Of a DNA stretch of 54,561 nucleotides, positions 24,449 through 36,151 are shown piece after piece. The stretch's first letter is position 1; the number at the start of each line of letters is the position of its first letter. The stretch is from positions 5,027,081-5,081,641 of the forward strand of contig NW_003526943.1 of assembly GCF_000181795.1 (NCBI RefSeq). The letters run 5' to 3'. The notes under the pieces were generated by a model. The model was not told where the DNA came from. It was given only the letters and a program-made list of their open reading frames with translations, and did no database searches. The stretch is from Trichinella spiralis (Eukaryota). The position numbers and the translations under genes are program-made.

Positions 24449-27400
24449 TGGGAAAATTAAAGCAGAAAAAAAGTGACTACTTACATTGAGGTTGGTTTTG
24501 TCATTTTTGAAATTGAATCGATTTTTCAAAGAATAAGTGACATTCATGGCAATGTAAATCTGATGCTGCCGCTTGCTCAGTATCGACAAATGTTGACCAT
24601 AAGACACGTCCGGCAAATAGGCAAGGGAATCTTTTGGAATTTGTTCATAATTAACAGCGAATTTTGCCCGATTCTTTTTTCTCACATTGGTTTTTTTTAA
24701 TAATTTCATTTTTCCACCTCTGAATTGAAAAGTGAAAAAATATTTAAATTAATTTTTGTATTTCAATTGTCACGCAAACCGATTCGAAAAGTTCGAACAT
24801 AAATATAAACCCCATTGTACATTACTGCTCGATATGAATGGATGATTTGTATAATTATTGTTGCATTTCTTTTGCAATGTTATGTATGCTATTTGAATAC
24901 AAGCATGCAAATTACAACAATTAATGTAAGTTTTGATATGAAAAGAATAATAATCCCATTTTTTCAACAGTTGTTGTCAAAGTATATTCCGAGAAGACAA
25001 AAAAACGGAATGGGGGGGGGGGAGGGAAGAAAGAGAGAAGCAATTTTTAGCTCCCAGTCACAACTGGTCTGTAATCTTTGCAATTTATGAACTGTAAACT
25101 GCAAACTGTGCAAAACTGACAATCAGAATATTATAAATTTGCTCTGGGGGTCATGTCGGTGAAAAACAAGGTCGATCAAAGGTACATTCAAATATATCCC
25201 AGAGTTTTCGATGAGATTATCTTAAATCTGGTCTGGAATAATAATTCAAATCTGACACTGCAAATAAGATGTTGAAATGAAATTGAAACTGTATTTTTTT
25301 TAATGTACGTCACCAGGTCAGATTTGAAAAAATGAAATGAAAACCAAAAAAGAAAAAAAAATCTCCAATCAATAGCGAAAGTTCTATTTTACAATGGATT
25401 CCACTTACTTGTTGTTGTTTTGTTGATTTTTAATTAAAATTGTGCTTTTCGTCGGCTTTTGGTCGCTTTTTTCAACAACTTGTTCAGCTTTCTCCAGTCC
25501 ATCAGGACCGAAAACTGCAAACCAATGTTCGACATGGTGCTTATAACACCGGGTTGGACTGACTTGAAAATCTTCCACATTCAACGTACTAATAAATAAA
25601 TAAATTTAATTCAGAAAAAATGAAATTATTTAAAAAAGAAAAACAAAACACTCACACATTGTGAAATCCATCTCCTGATAATGTGTTTTTTCTATAATAA
25701 AGAAAAAAGAATTAATTTGAAAAAGAAAATTGTTCATTATTATTAACAGAGATATTGATCGGTTAATTAATTAATTAATGAATTAATTGTGAGTTGATTG
25801 GTTGATAAAAAAATAATAATGTTGCCACAAAATGAGAAATTTGAATTTTAAATAAAATAGAATATGCATTTTTTTAAATAAATTAATCACGAGAATATAT
25901 TTTAAATTTGATTTGAATACAAGTTATGTTGTATGCAAAATTGCAGTAGAAGAGTGAAATTTAAAGAAAAAAATTAATTTTTTTTTGCAAATATGATTTT
26001 TTTAATGTTGGCTTTTTGCAACGTTGTTATTTTTGTTGTTGTTGGTAGTGGTGGTGGTGGTGGTGGTGTGATTGATCACCAATTGGAAACTGGTAGGAAA
26101 ATTTTTGCCATACATAATATAAGAGAAGGGAGAAATCATATAATGAGCAACGAGAAAAGAGGTGAAAAATGATCCCATAATGACGACAACGGCCAATTTC
26201 CCCCCCAAACTGATCCAAGAAGAACCAGTTCAGTTGGTCGAGTTACCATCATCACAGCACACTGTATTGTCGATGCCAACACGTCAAATGTCGCATCAAG
26301 TCTGCACAGTAGCCGTTGCAGCTATTCGTTGCTGTACGTATACATAAATATATGTATGTATAAATTATATATATATATAGCACAAATCTGGCCTCGTTTC
26401 AGTCAAAACTACCGACGACGACACACAATTTTCCCGCAAAAGACACTTTTTCATTCAAATCATTGCCGTTTGCCAACAAATGCAACATACAACTGACCGT
26501 ATGTAGTCCTCTTATCGATGTTTCAACGTAAAAATTCACTCATTCACTTTCACTCTCATTCTGACATTCCATACATAACACATTCACAACACCAATGCAC
26601 GCTTATAACATATAAATATAAATATGCACGTACATACACCACCGATGCATACTGTATTCTATATATTGCGTGGAATTATTTTTAGCAAAAATATACAACA
26701 TATACATGCGTAGGTGTTGTTGAAGAAAATATCATCTTTTTCATCTTCAGCTTCTTTTTTTTCTTCTGCTGCCTATTTATCATATATTTATTTCATCGTC
26801 ACCATCATCATCATCATCATCACTATTACTACTATTCATTCACCTGATTTTCGACAACGACGAATAAATTCTTTATTCCACAAAACTCTCGATTTGTCTG
26901 TCTGTTTCTACTGTCGTACGTCAATGTGGATCATTTTCACATTTCAACGTTTGAGCTGATAGGTGCGCTTCTGGTCCATGCGGAATTCAAGTCATGACTA
27001 GATGCTCACTTATCACCTCAAGCGGCTCATTTTCACCATCACATCGAAAATCAATTCTAATTTTTTTTCTTTCGACAAGGTAAACAAAAACAAATAAATT
27101 TACAATTAACAATCATTATACTGTAATTTTTAATTTAATTTAAAACATTTTCTTTCATTTCTTCTTTCTCTTCATTTTATCAATGATACGAAAGAAAAAA
27201 CAATCGACTACAACAATAATTAAACTGAGCTGTTTGTTTCAAAACCATTTCTGACCAACGCTGCGCATATTCTATACGTATAGAAAATTGGGAATTTAAA
27301 ATTAGGTTACCGTGAAGGTCAACAATTTCAAATCTTGTCTCTTATAACTAACTTTTTATACTTAACAATTGATACAACAACAACATTATGATTATTAATC

Positions 27401-28326
27401 ACATTTTCCAGATTTTATTCTTTTTTTCCAAATAAAATTTATATCATTTTAAATATAATTGAATTTTTCCTCGTTCGTTAAGTACGCTTTTGTCAAAGTG
27501 AACTACTTTGTTCGAAATTCAAATGAAAAATTCATTTATTGACATCCTACAGGCTGATCGACAAAATCAAAATTAATCACTCCTTATGAAAAATACTTTT
27601 GAACACTAGTTCCATTCACCGGGTAATTAATCTTCACCTTTCCAACGCTTCGAGCCAATTTTTCGCACACAATAACTACCAACCACTTGATGTTATTCAT
27701 TTATTTATTCATTCATACTTGCATTTTATAAAATTAAAAAAAATAAACAAAGAAATAATATTCATAATCCACCAAAATGGATCGACAAATTAATCATTTT
27801 ACGCATTTCCACTACTGATGTCGTCGATAAAATGTCTCTATAATTGCTGGCCAAATTGAATTTTATGAGTAAAAAAAACTTGCAAAAATTTTCACTTGAT
27901 CTACGAAAAAGAATAATTTCTTTAAAGAGAAAAATTTATACTTCGCATATGAAATAAAATTCAACACATGCATTCTCGTAATTGACATGAATTTTCCAAC
28001 TAAATTCATTTAATCTTTTATTAAAATTTTAATTTTTAGGTAAAAATAAACACGACAACATATTCATAATTTTCAAAATCTAACCATACTGTAACTGAAA
28101 ATTCGTACTTAATTTTCAAAAAACTGAAAATAGGGAAAATGATAAAATGAAACTTGTCATGCTTACGTTTCGGTTTCTTCTCCTTTCGACTCTTCTTGTT
28201 CTTCATTTAACACATTTTCACCCGTGTCTTCACTCAATGGGGCAGGGCATTCAGTATTGACAGAAACTTCGGCACTGTTAACATCGGAAGGTTCATCAAT
28301 TTGTAAACTGTCCTCCAGATCGTCAT
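11489..28326 (-). CDS. ice2: ICE2/NARG2-like little elongation complex subunit, at least 17 exons; first coding exon not identified
   Basis: Phase-consistent exons 28326-28167, 25691-25656, 25588-25409, 24719-24485, 24395-24273, 24091-23960, 23306-23196, 23132-22958, 22900-22751, 18847-18790, 12769-12645, 12575-12288, then five short exons ending at a stop near 11489. IHKDPNVRRLLKKY...NFDIPIRI resembles the ICE2 SKDPNAEKLVSRY...WEIPVCI region. YNLWKLGSLNLIIR, PKVEFQPCHGAEKLS, EGWYIL and WHIIKKRIPCTFPP resemble the NARG2_C domain. Confidence 0.8.
21491..21573 (+). promoter_or_regulatory. Histone H1 promoter: AAACACA (H1/AC box-like) plus TATA-like CCTATTTAAA
   Basis: AAACACA at 21491-21497, a GC-rich tract, then TATTTAAA at ~21566-21573, about 185 bp upstream of the H1 ATG. 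Confidence 0.55.
21755..22417 (+). CDS. H1: Linker histone H1 (intronless), nested antisense in an ICE2 intron
   Basis: Globular domain HPAYTEMIVTALKTLKDHHGSSRQGLLKYIMAHY...KMALKRGLKSG...KGTGASGRFR followed by a K/A/P/T-rich tail. First ATG at 21755; the ORF track starts at an upstream GTG. Confidence 0.97.
   Translation: MSSPNVAASATSNPVAAPNAQKKSRAPKKPKTASNHPAYTEMIVTALKTLKDHHGSSRQGLLKYIMAHYNVGSDAKMVNAHMKMALKRGLKSGAIKLAKGTGASGRFRVGETKPAVVKKPKKASTTVKKTVKKSTKKQTAGASSASTKVKAKNPKKPKSASTTTAAAASAKKTKAAAKPKKVKATAATATSKKPKASKPKVAKPKKPSTPKTKKPTQKKA
26951..27021 (+). ncRNA. mir-279: pre-miRNA, miR-279 family (miR-44/61-type seed); predicted mature 3p UGACUAGAUGCUCACUUAUCAC at 26995-27016
   Basis: Arms TTGAGCTGATAGGTGCGCTTCTGGTCCATG and CATGACTAGATGCTCACTTATCACCTCAA pair almost end to end around a 12-nt loop. 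The 3' arm begins TGACTAGAT, the miR-279 seed, on the expected arm. Confidence 0.85.
27569..27637 (+). ncRNA. Candidate pre-miRNA with miR-35/36-family seed (TCACCGGGTAATTAATCTTCAC, 27616-27637)
   Basis: Seed-bearing 3' arm pairs imperfectly with ATTAATCACTC...TGAA upstream; loop ~24 nt. Lies 600 bp downstream of the miR-279 hairpin on the same strand. Confidence 0.35.
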
Positions 28327-29419
28327 CTAAACAGATACTCAAAATGAAACTAAACCTGCAGTCATAATAACAATTCGAATTATAATTATCTATCACTAAA
28401 TTTTGAAAAGATCGTTTCATCGAATGAATTTTATTTTTAATCGGTTGTGAAAATATGTTTCGAAACTCAATAAATAAACTGATAAATTTGGCAAAAGAAT
28501 TTCGGCTCTGATTAAGAAATTCAAGGAAAATTACAAATAATTTATTAACTGCTTATTACATTTCGTATAACATGACAAATTATGAAATAAATATTACAAC
28601 AAATGTAACTTTTCATAATACTTAAATATCAAAATACTGTAATCACCGGTTTTCATTAATGTTCTTAAAAGTAATGAAAATTACCGATATCAAATGCAAA
28701 TATGCACATAACCGATTACTATATAAATATAAATTATTACAATTCATTAAATATATGAAAACAAAAAAGTAAAAAATTAATAACTAATTTTTCACTACAT
28801 ACAAAACGACAACAAGATTCCAACTAAATTATAATTGAAAAATCTTTTAAAGAATGTTAAAAATGAAATTATGTAAAAAATAATTGACTCTTGCATATTC
28901 AGCTTCACGATATGAAAATTATTCAAAGAATTCAATAATGATTTACTTTTATCAAATATGAAAGTTTACATATTTGAAAAATAAATATCAGACAAGAAAA
29001 AATGAAATTTATTAATATTGTAATGTTTATATATTATAATAATCCTACTAATTAATTTAATGAATAACATTACAAAACGGATGGTAACTAGAAATTTAAG
29101 AAAAGCATTAAAACGCTCTATTCTTTGACAAAAATTTTTTTGAAGTGAATGATTTAAATATATATTTCAAAAATTATAATTACCATAATCTGAAGACATA
29201 TTCATAATAACTCTAAATGAATAAATGCTTGTATAAAAATTGAGGAAGCTTAAAGTTGTTTGAAACTTACTGTGATATATGATAATGAAGTAATATTATG
29301 CAATGTATTGCAATGCAATTTTTAATTATGTAACGTTAGATTTTTATCTTTATATATATAATTCAATATTTTAGACGTAATGGTTATATAATTTTTGAAA
29401 AAAACTTAATTGAAATTCC

Positions 29420-30060
29420 ACTTTGGCATACAACATATTTTTCACGTGCCTTTCGCTTCCTTTGATGCCCTACGATTGCAAACACTTTTGCACTTTTACA
29501 TACAACAACACGAGTTTCACCAAAAGGGGCTTGGCCGGATCCCACTATTTTATTTGCATTATCACGTTAGCTGATATGCGTGAAGCTATAAAAAAGTGGC
29601 AGAATCTCGAATCTCCCGGAAGCCTGTTTTTTTTGACTCAAGTGGTCGAAACTATGTCTTATTTTTTGTGATTGGCTGTTTCCTGATAAGGTGCACTTGA
29701 TTGATTAATAATTGGCTAATGACTTATGCTATTTTATTAGCTAATCATTCTGATAAGTGATTGGGAGAATAACTTGTGCTATTTGATTTGTTACTTTGTA
29801 TTAATCATAGATTGGATGATTGCTGTTTAACCACGTTTTTTCAAATATGGAGTGCATTACCATTATATTATCTTAAATCGAAATAAATAAGCATTTACCA
29901 TTTTTCAAAACAAAGGTTTTTTGAAACATAATGCAATAGAGTTAGCTCAGTTTTGTCACTGTGTTACCCTAAGTTATTTTATTTGCATTTTCACGTTAGT
30001 TGATATGTCTGAACCTATAAAAAGTTGCAGCTAGAATCAACCGGAAGCTTGTTTTTTTTC
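29420..30060 (-). mobile_element. Degraded LTR-like relic related to the BEL/Pao LTR at ~52.4-52.9 kb, with an internal ~85-bp duplication
   Basis: The reverse complement of 29660-29830 (caatcatccaatctatga...aataaaatagcataagtcattagccaattattaatcaat...agccaatcacaaa) aligns with 52395-52556 (caatcatcccatcaatga...aataaaacagcataactcattagccaattactaagcaat...gccaatcacaaa). Boundaries approximate. Confidence 0.6.
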
Positions 30061-33000
30061 AAAAAAATTTCTATTGTCGCGGTAGTGATAATTAATGGAT
30101 ATGTTTTGCCTTAAGCGTCTATCGTGTCGCCTAACGCTCTTTGGTTTGCTAGCAAAGACAGCTTTGTAATGACGGTTTTTCTTCGCAACGACATCAATAA
30201 CGTGCGAACACATAATGACCAACCGATATTTATTCTTTTAATCTTCATCCGTTTATTCTTTTAGTTCTTCTTCCTATTTCTGTTTACGTTGTTAAGATCG
30301 ATATTTACGTGCAGCGCTTTTATAGCAAAATCTCATAAGAACAGCAATGCGGAGTCATTAAATTGTCGCACTCTCGCTGCAAAATCTGGACTGGTAAACA
30401 AAAACTAGATATAGATAAGTGCATAGAATAAGTTCTAAACAATAAGACCGTATACTGGCTTCATATATATATATATATTGTTTTTTAGAAGTTTGCTTTA
30501 GAAGCGAATAATGTGCGCAAAATAATTTCTGAAATTCATTGAAAGCACAAATTCATTTGTATTTTAATAAGATGTACACATAAAATAGAATTAAATTGAT
30601 CTTAGGAACGTTAATAATGATAGTTTGATTTAGTTCACATGTTCTGTTTGGAACGTAATCACAAGCTTATCGTCTTTTCACAAAAATTTCAACAATTTTG
30701 TAGCTTATAAATAAATATTTCCCAGTCTGGTGCACAGTTGTGAAAATGGCATGAATTTTCATAATGCGAGTAGTGAAATTTAAAAATATAACCATTATAA
30801 TTTAGCCTCGAATATGACAATTGCAAGTTCTGTTAATTTTTTTTATAATTTGTGATCATAAACCGTATTAAAATGATTATTCATTTACAGTTATGAAGAA
30901 TACTTGTAAATTCCATCCATAAACGTATTTGTTTCTGTTAGTTCTTATTTTACAATTAAAATTTCAAAACCTGAAATACAAATGCAATTTATTTTCATAC
31001 ATTTTCTTAATTTCTGTTCAATATTCGACAACAATGTCGAAAGCAGAAAAATTTAGCTTCCATGATGCAAGATATTGTAAAGAGAATAATTAAATAACCG
31101 TTTTATCATTTTCTAAGATTTTAGAAGAATTTTCAAAATAATCAAAGAATAAAAATCGAAAAGGAAAACTTTTAGCAAAAGATGTGTGCCGGGAAAACGT
31201 GTTCTTTGACTTCCTGTTTACCAATATAAAATGTATTTTCTGTTGCATTTTTTTCTCGTCTTGCATTCAACAATAGTATAAGTTTCTTAAATATTAGTTT
31301 TGACAGAACAAGTCTATTAAAAAAAATTCACGTGCTCTCAACAGACATACGTTAGCATATTAAAAATAAATCAGTTTTGCCGTACGCATAGATTGAACTT
31401 TGAAAGGTTGTCGTCACCTTTGCCACATTAGACTGTGAAGTGGAATTCAAGTTTGTTATGAAAACTTTATAAAATTAAAGTTTTGCTCCAATTTCGAAGC
31501 AATTATTCAAATGGTTTTTGCTTTAAATCAATTCACGACAAATAATAAAATTTAATAAGACAACGTGTTGTTTTTCTTCTCTTTTTAATTATGGAAAAAA
31601 AGAAAAATTGCCTGATTTTTTTCATTTTAATTTGACGTAAAAATATTTTTCTTGCAAACGTCGAACGCTTACTAATTGATCATTTCTAGATTTGTCGAAT
31701 GTTGCACAGTCACAATTTTTGAATAAATTTTCAGTTATTTCAAAATTAATTGCAAATTTAAATTTTCAGAAAAAAAACTAAAAAATAATCCATAAAAATT
31801 ATTAATAAAACAATTTTAATTTCAAATTATTGTATTTCAAATCTATTGAACAACATGATTATTGCAAATGCATATGGTAGAGATAAAAGATAATAAAGAA
31901 CTGTAATGTAAACAATTTTGTTACATTGAATTGCTGCATTGAGAAAAAATGTCGATTTTCACGAAACAGTAAGAAAAGTTTAATTTTTTGCATATGTTCA
32001 AAATTTTAATCATTTTCCAATAAATAAATAAATAAATAAATAATGGAAATTTCATTTCAACGAAAAAAGAGAAAAGGGATTATTTTATGTTCTGTTGAAA
32101 AGCATTCGTTGCATATGTATACAGTTCTGCTTGGGGTGGGGAAAAAATTTGAAATTGTGATTGATCAACATGTTTTGAAGTTTTGATGCAACGGACGTTG
32201 CTTAAAGTGGAATGAAATTGATCGATCTTGGCAATTATCGACGAACCGTTGGCAGGCTTGATTTTTGGCCGCTAATCTTTTGAGACTGCCCTTCGCCAGC
32301 AAAGGGAACGGCTCCTACGTGTGCAATGTTCAATTTGATTGATGGAACCGCTGATTACTGTTGCGCCGGCGCCCATCTTGCTCAACAATTTTATGCTTAA
32401 AAGCCGGCAAAAATTGCTCTTGTCAGCTTTGGGCGAAAATTTTCCCACACTGTTGGTTCACCGATTTTTGACCATCGGTACACTTAGCATCGGCGCTGTT
32501 GTTCATTCATCACTTTTTTTCCATTTTTTCCTACTACTACTACTACTACTACTGCTGCTGATAATAATAATAATTCTTTTTATTCAACAAATCTTTCACC
32601 AAGTAAGAGAATGATTTGAGAAAAAAAAAACAAATACTTAATTCTAACAAAATAATGATAATAGCTTTTACTGCTTGTGCTTGCTCGATTAAGCGAACAC
32701 TAGCTTGTGGCTTTTGATTTAATATTTTTTTCATTGGTTAGTAAAAAATTCATTCATCTCTTTTTTCTGTGAATCATTTGTAATTTTGAATCAGCTTTTA
32801 ATCATTTTGACATTTCATCGATACCAACAATTTATTAATTTAATTATTAAATGACAGACAGAAATAAATTTGATGGAATTATTTTTTACAGTTGTTGTAA
32901 GTTTATTTAAAAATTCATCTGTCAACGACGGTTGACAAGTGTAAATGATGACGGCAATGAAACCGTGTAAAGATAACAGGGCACTTCATTCATTTAATTG

Positions 33001-36000
33001 TATTATTTACTTTAATCCATTTTGTTCTTCCCATAATTTTATCTAAATTAGCCGTCTGACAAATTTTTCAATTTATTAAAATTAAGATCCCCACTAATCT
33101 TCTGGTAGATTATAATAAATTAAAATTTTATTCTTTTTCTTTTTAAATGATAATTTTACAACGAAAATGAATTCCCTTTCAATTATTCTGTTATAAAGAA
33201 TTTGGAGACCAGTTTCAAGTGCTGCTTTTTCAATAAAGCTAACCCAATTCTTGATCTGTTGAAAATTGCAAACAATTCAAGTTGTTTAAATTTAATTAAT
33301 TGTGCAACTTTTTGTTGCGTTTAACATTTTTTTCAATGCACAGAATTCCACTCTTTATCTTATTTTATTCTTTTTCAATCTGCTTAATTATTATCATCAT
33401 AGAAATGATTGAAAATCACGTGTTTATTATTTTCGAATATTTTTGCATGCTCATTTCAAAGCCCCTACGTGCCTTCTTTTGACAGAGGTAATCATTTAAA
33501 TCTGCAGCTGTTCATCGTATTATTAGAAATAAATAATAATAATTCAAGTCTCTTCTTTGCCTTATGTTCTTATGAAAAATTATTTTTACTACGTTCTTGA
33601 CATCATCAGCTCTGAATCATCATTATCATTTGATAGCTGCGCATTTTTTTTCTTTTTGAGTAAAAATTGCATTCAACATTTTCTTGTTGCAATTATTTTT
33701 TATAAAAATGAGCAGAGTTTTAAATATTATTCATCATAAATAAAAAGAAATGTGCATAGCAATGACGTTCATAAAAATATTCATGAAATTATTTTAGCTG
33801 TTTGAAAAATTTTCTGGTCTTGCAAAATTAAAATTATACGACAGCTAAATATAAACCAATATGCTTGTTTACATTTTTTGCAATAAATATCGTTAAAATA
33901 TTTGTAAATTATTCTCAGGTTATTAATGTATTCACTAATATTTTAATCGTTTCGTGTTAAAATTCTTCGTGCTAACAATGGAATAAACAATAAGCGTGAA
34001 TATCATGCAAAATTGCATTTAACACATTTGCCAAATTTAAAAAAGTTTATAAATTACACCTTTTGAATTATGCCGGCGGCTCTTCTGTTATGTTAAACTG
34101 TTCACTTCTGGTTTAGTTGACGAATGTTGAAATCATTAAATTATCAATGAAATTATTCAATGACCTTGACCAGAATCAGTCTAGTTTAAAGTAGTAAATT
34201 TGAAGACATTTTAATGTGGAAATAAAGATGAATATTAACTTGAAAAATTACCTATAGTTAATACTCATTCATCACGACATTTTTTTCTATACATTATATA
34301 CTACATCATATTATTTGTCCAAGACGTGGGATCAGTTATATAAAGCACATAATCAATCTAAATTCAGTTATAAATGTTCGTTTTGTTTTTCAGCCGATTA
34401 TTACATATAAAATTGAAATTGTCATTTTTCACAAATGCAAAGAAGACGACAATTTATCTTTTTTTTTCTTATTCCTTGATTGTTGAAGTTTTAATCAAAG
34501 CATCATCAGCAGTTATTAGTGCTTTGTTCGATTGTTAATTGTTTTGCGACTGCTTTATTGATTAAATGTTTATTTAAAATATTTATTTATCATTGAGAAA
34601 TTATTGTTTCTATATTTGAAATGCAACTAATTCACAGGAATTCATGATAATTTTATTAAAGCATGGCTTTGCGATAATGTTCATTGTTGATGATTATTTT
34701 AGCTAATGCGCATTAATGACTTCTTTGTTGGCGCTTGCATGGAAGTCGATTACTTCACAGAGATGAGATATGCAGCAAATTTGATTGCAGTTGTGAATTA
34801 AAATAAAAACTGAATTTAACAGAAATAACGCTTTACTGGAAAATCAATTTGAAATTAAAGAATTTGTTTTAATCAAAATTTAGGAAATAAAATTTTAAGA
34901 AAATAAATGCAAACTTTTGAATTTTTAAATAAAAAAATGACGCATTTATTTTGAAAACTAAATTTCGGGTCATTTGAAACCATTTTTACAATTTAACATA
35001 TTAGAATTATTAGTCATTTTTAAAGTAGCATATTTTGTATCATTATCGCCAAAAAATGTATTCTGAAAAACTTTCTTCAGTAATTTGCACGAATCGTTTG
35101 ACATTGTGTAAAGGAGTGTATTTTGAAAAGGTATTCAAGTTAAGAAATGGAATACTTTTCTTTTAAATATTGTGCACATTCATCAAGAACGATTTAATAT
35201 TATAATCTGTTTAATAATTCATTGTTAATTAACTATATCGAGAAATTATATAATAAATAAGACTTCCATGAACTGTTTGCATTTGAATACACTTAGCATT
35301 TGCTGTTATTTTATTTTGAATCCAAAGCAAAGAATATGGTTCACTCAGGCGCCATTAGTGCAGATTTGATTAAGATCAAGTAAATATTATTTATTTTTAG
35401 CATAAATTCAAGTTTCAAAGCAGCATCTAAAAATAAAACAGCAATTTCTTTAGCAATCAATTTAAACTTGTACTTGAATATCGATTTTTAGCATAAAAGT
35501 ATACTGTAAACTACGCTGCCCACATAGTCGATTGGCGTGCGGTTGCAGAGCACGCTGCAGTTCTGCAACTTGTAACGCTGCCCTGCTTTGACGATTAGTG
35601 CCGCACGCTGATTTATATCGCTTCACAGTGCAATGTGAAATTTGCATTTTTGCTTTTTGCATTTTTTTAAAAAAATTTTTTTATGTTTCTTTTTTTTCAG
35701 GACGTCATTTTTTGTCAGGTGGAAGAAAATTGAAGAAAAAAAAAATAAATCAATGTTTTATATTTTCACAGCTGGGATGTTGTTGACCCTGTTATGTAAA
35801 TATTGTTTCAGGTCAACCGTATGATATGATTTTCTTGCACAGATGCACGCAGGCTTTTTCTCTTTCTCTGTCGCGTGACACGGGCTTATGGTTGCTTTCA
35901 CTTTCAGCTTTAAATTCTCTGTATTTGGAAAAGATTTCAAAATCATTTTATTCAAATCAGTCTGCTGGTAGTGCTCAGCATGAGTGAAGCGTTTTTATTA

Positions 36001-36151
36001 ATTGTTTGTTTTTTTGTCTTCCCAACGCGGATCTTGCCGGTGCAATCGCGTCCTGAAAGCATCTTCCGCCTGCTATTTGATATTGTTTAAATTGAGTTGT
36101 TAATTTAATTCCATTTCTTCGAGTTCAGAATTCTCTAACGACACTACACGA

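Noticed and set aside
26251..26275. CATCACAGC, a miR-2-family-like seed
   Set aside because: The upstream sequence does not pair well enough to form a precursor.
27012..27333. Possible extra ICE2 exons (23-nt microexon 27333-27311; exon starting near 27056)
   Set aside because: Exon 28326-28167 joins 25691-25656 directly in phase with a stronger gtgagt donor, and the second candidate overlaps the miR-279 hairpin.
29521..29640. Superficial resemblance to U11 snRNA (AAAAGGGGCTT...CGGAAGC..TTTTTTG)
   Set aside because: Internal U11 motifs and a proper Sm site are not evident; better explained as an LTR relic.
30001..30024. TGATATGTCTG, a miR-50/miR-190-like seed
   Set aside because: No proper precursor hairpin on the expected arm, and it lies within the duplicated LTR-like unit.
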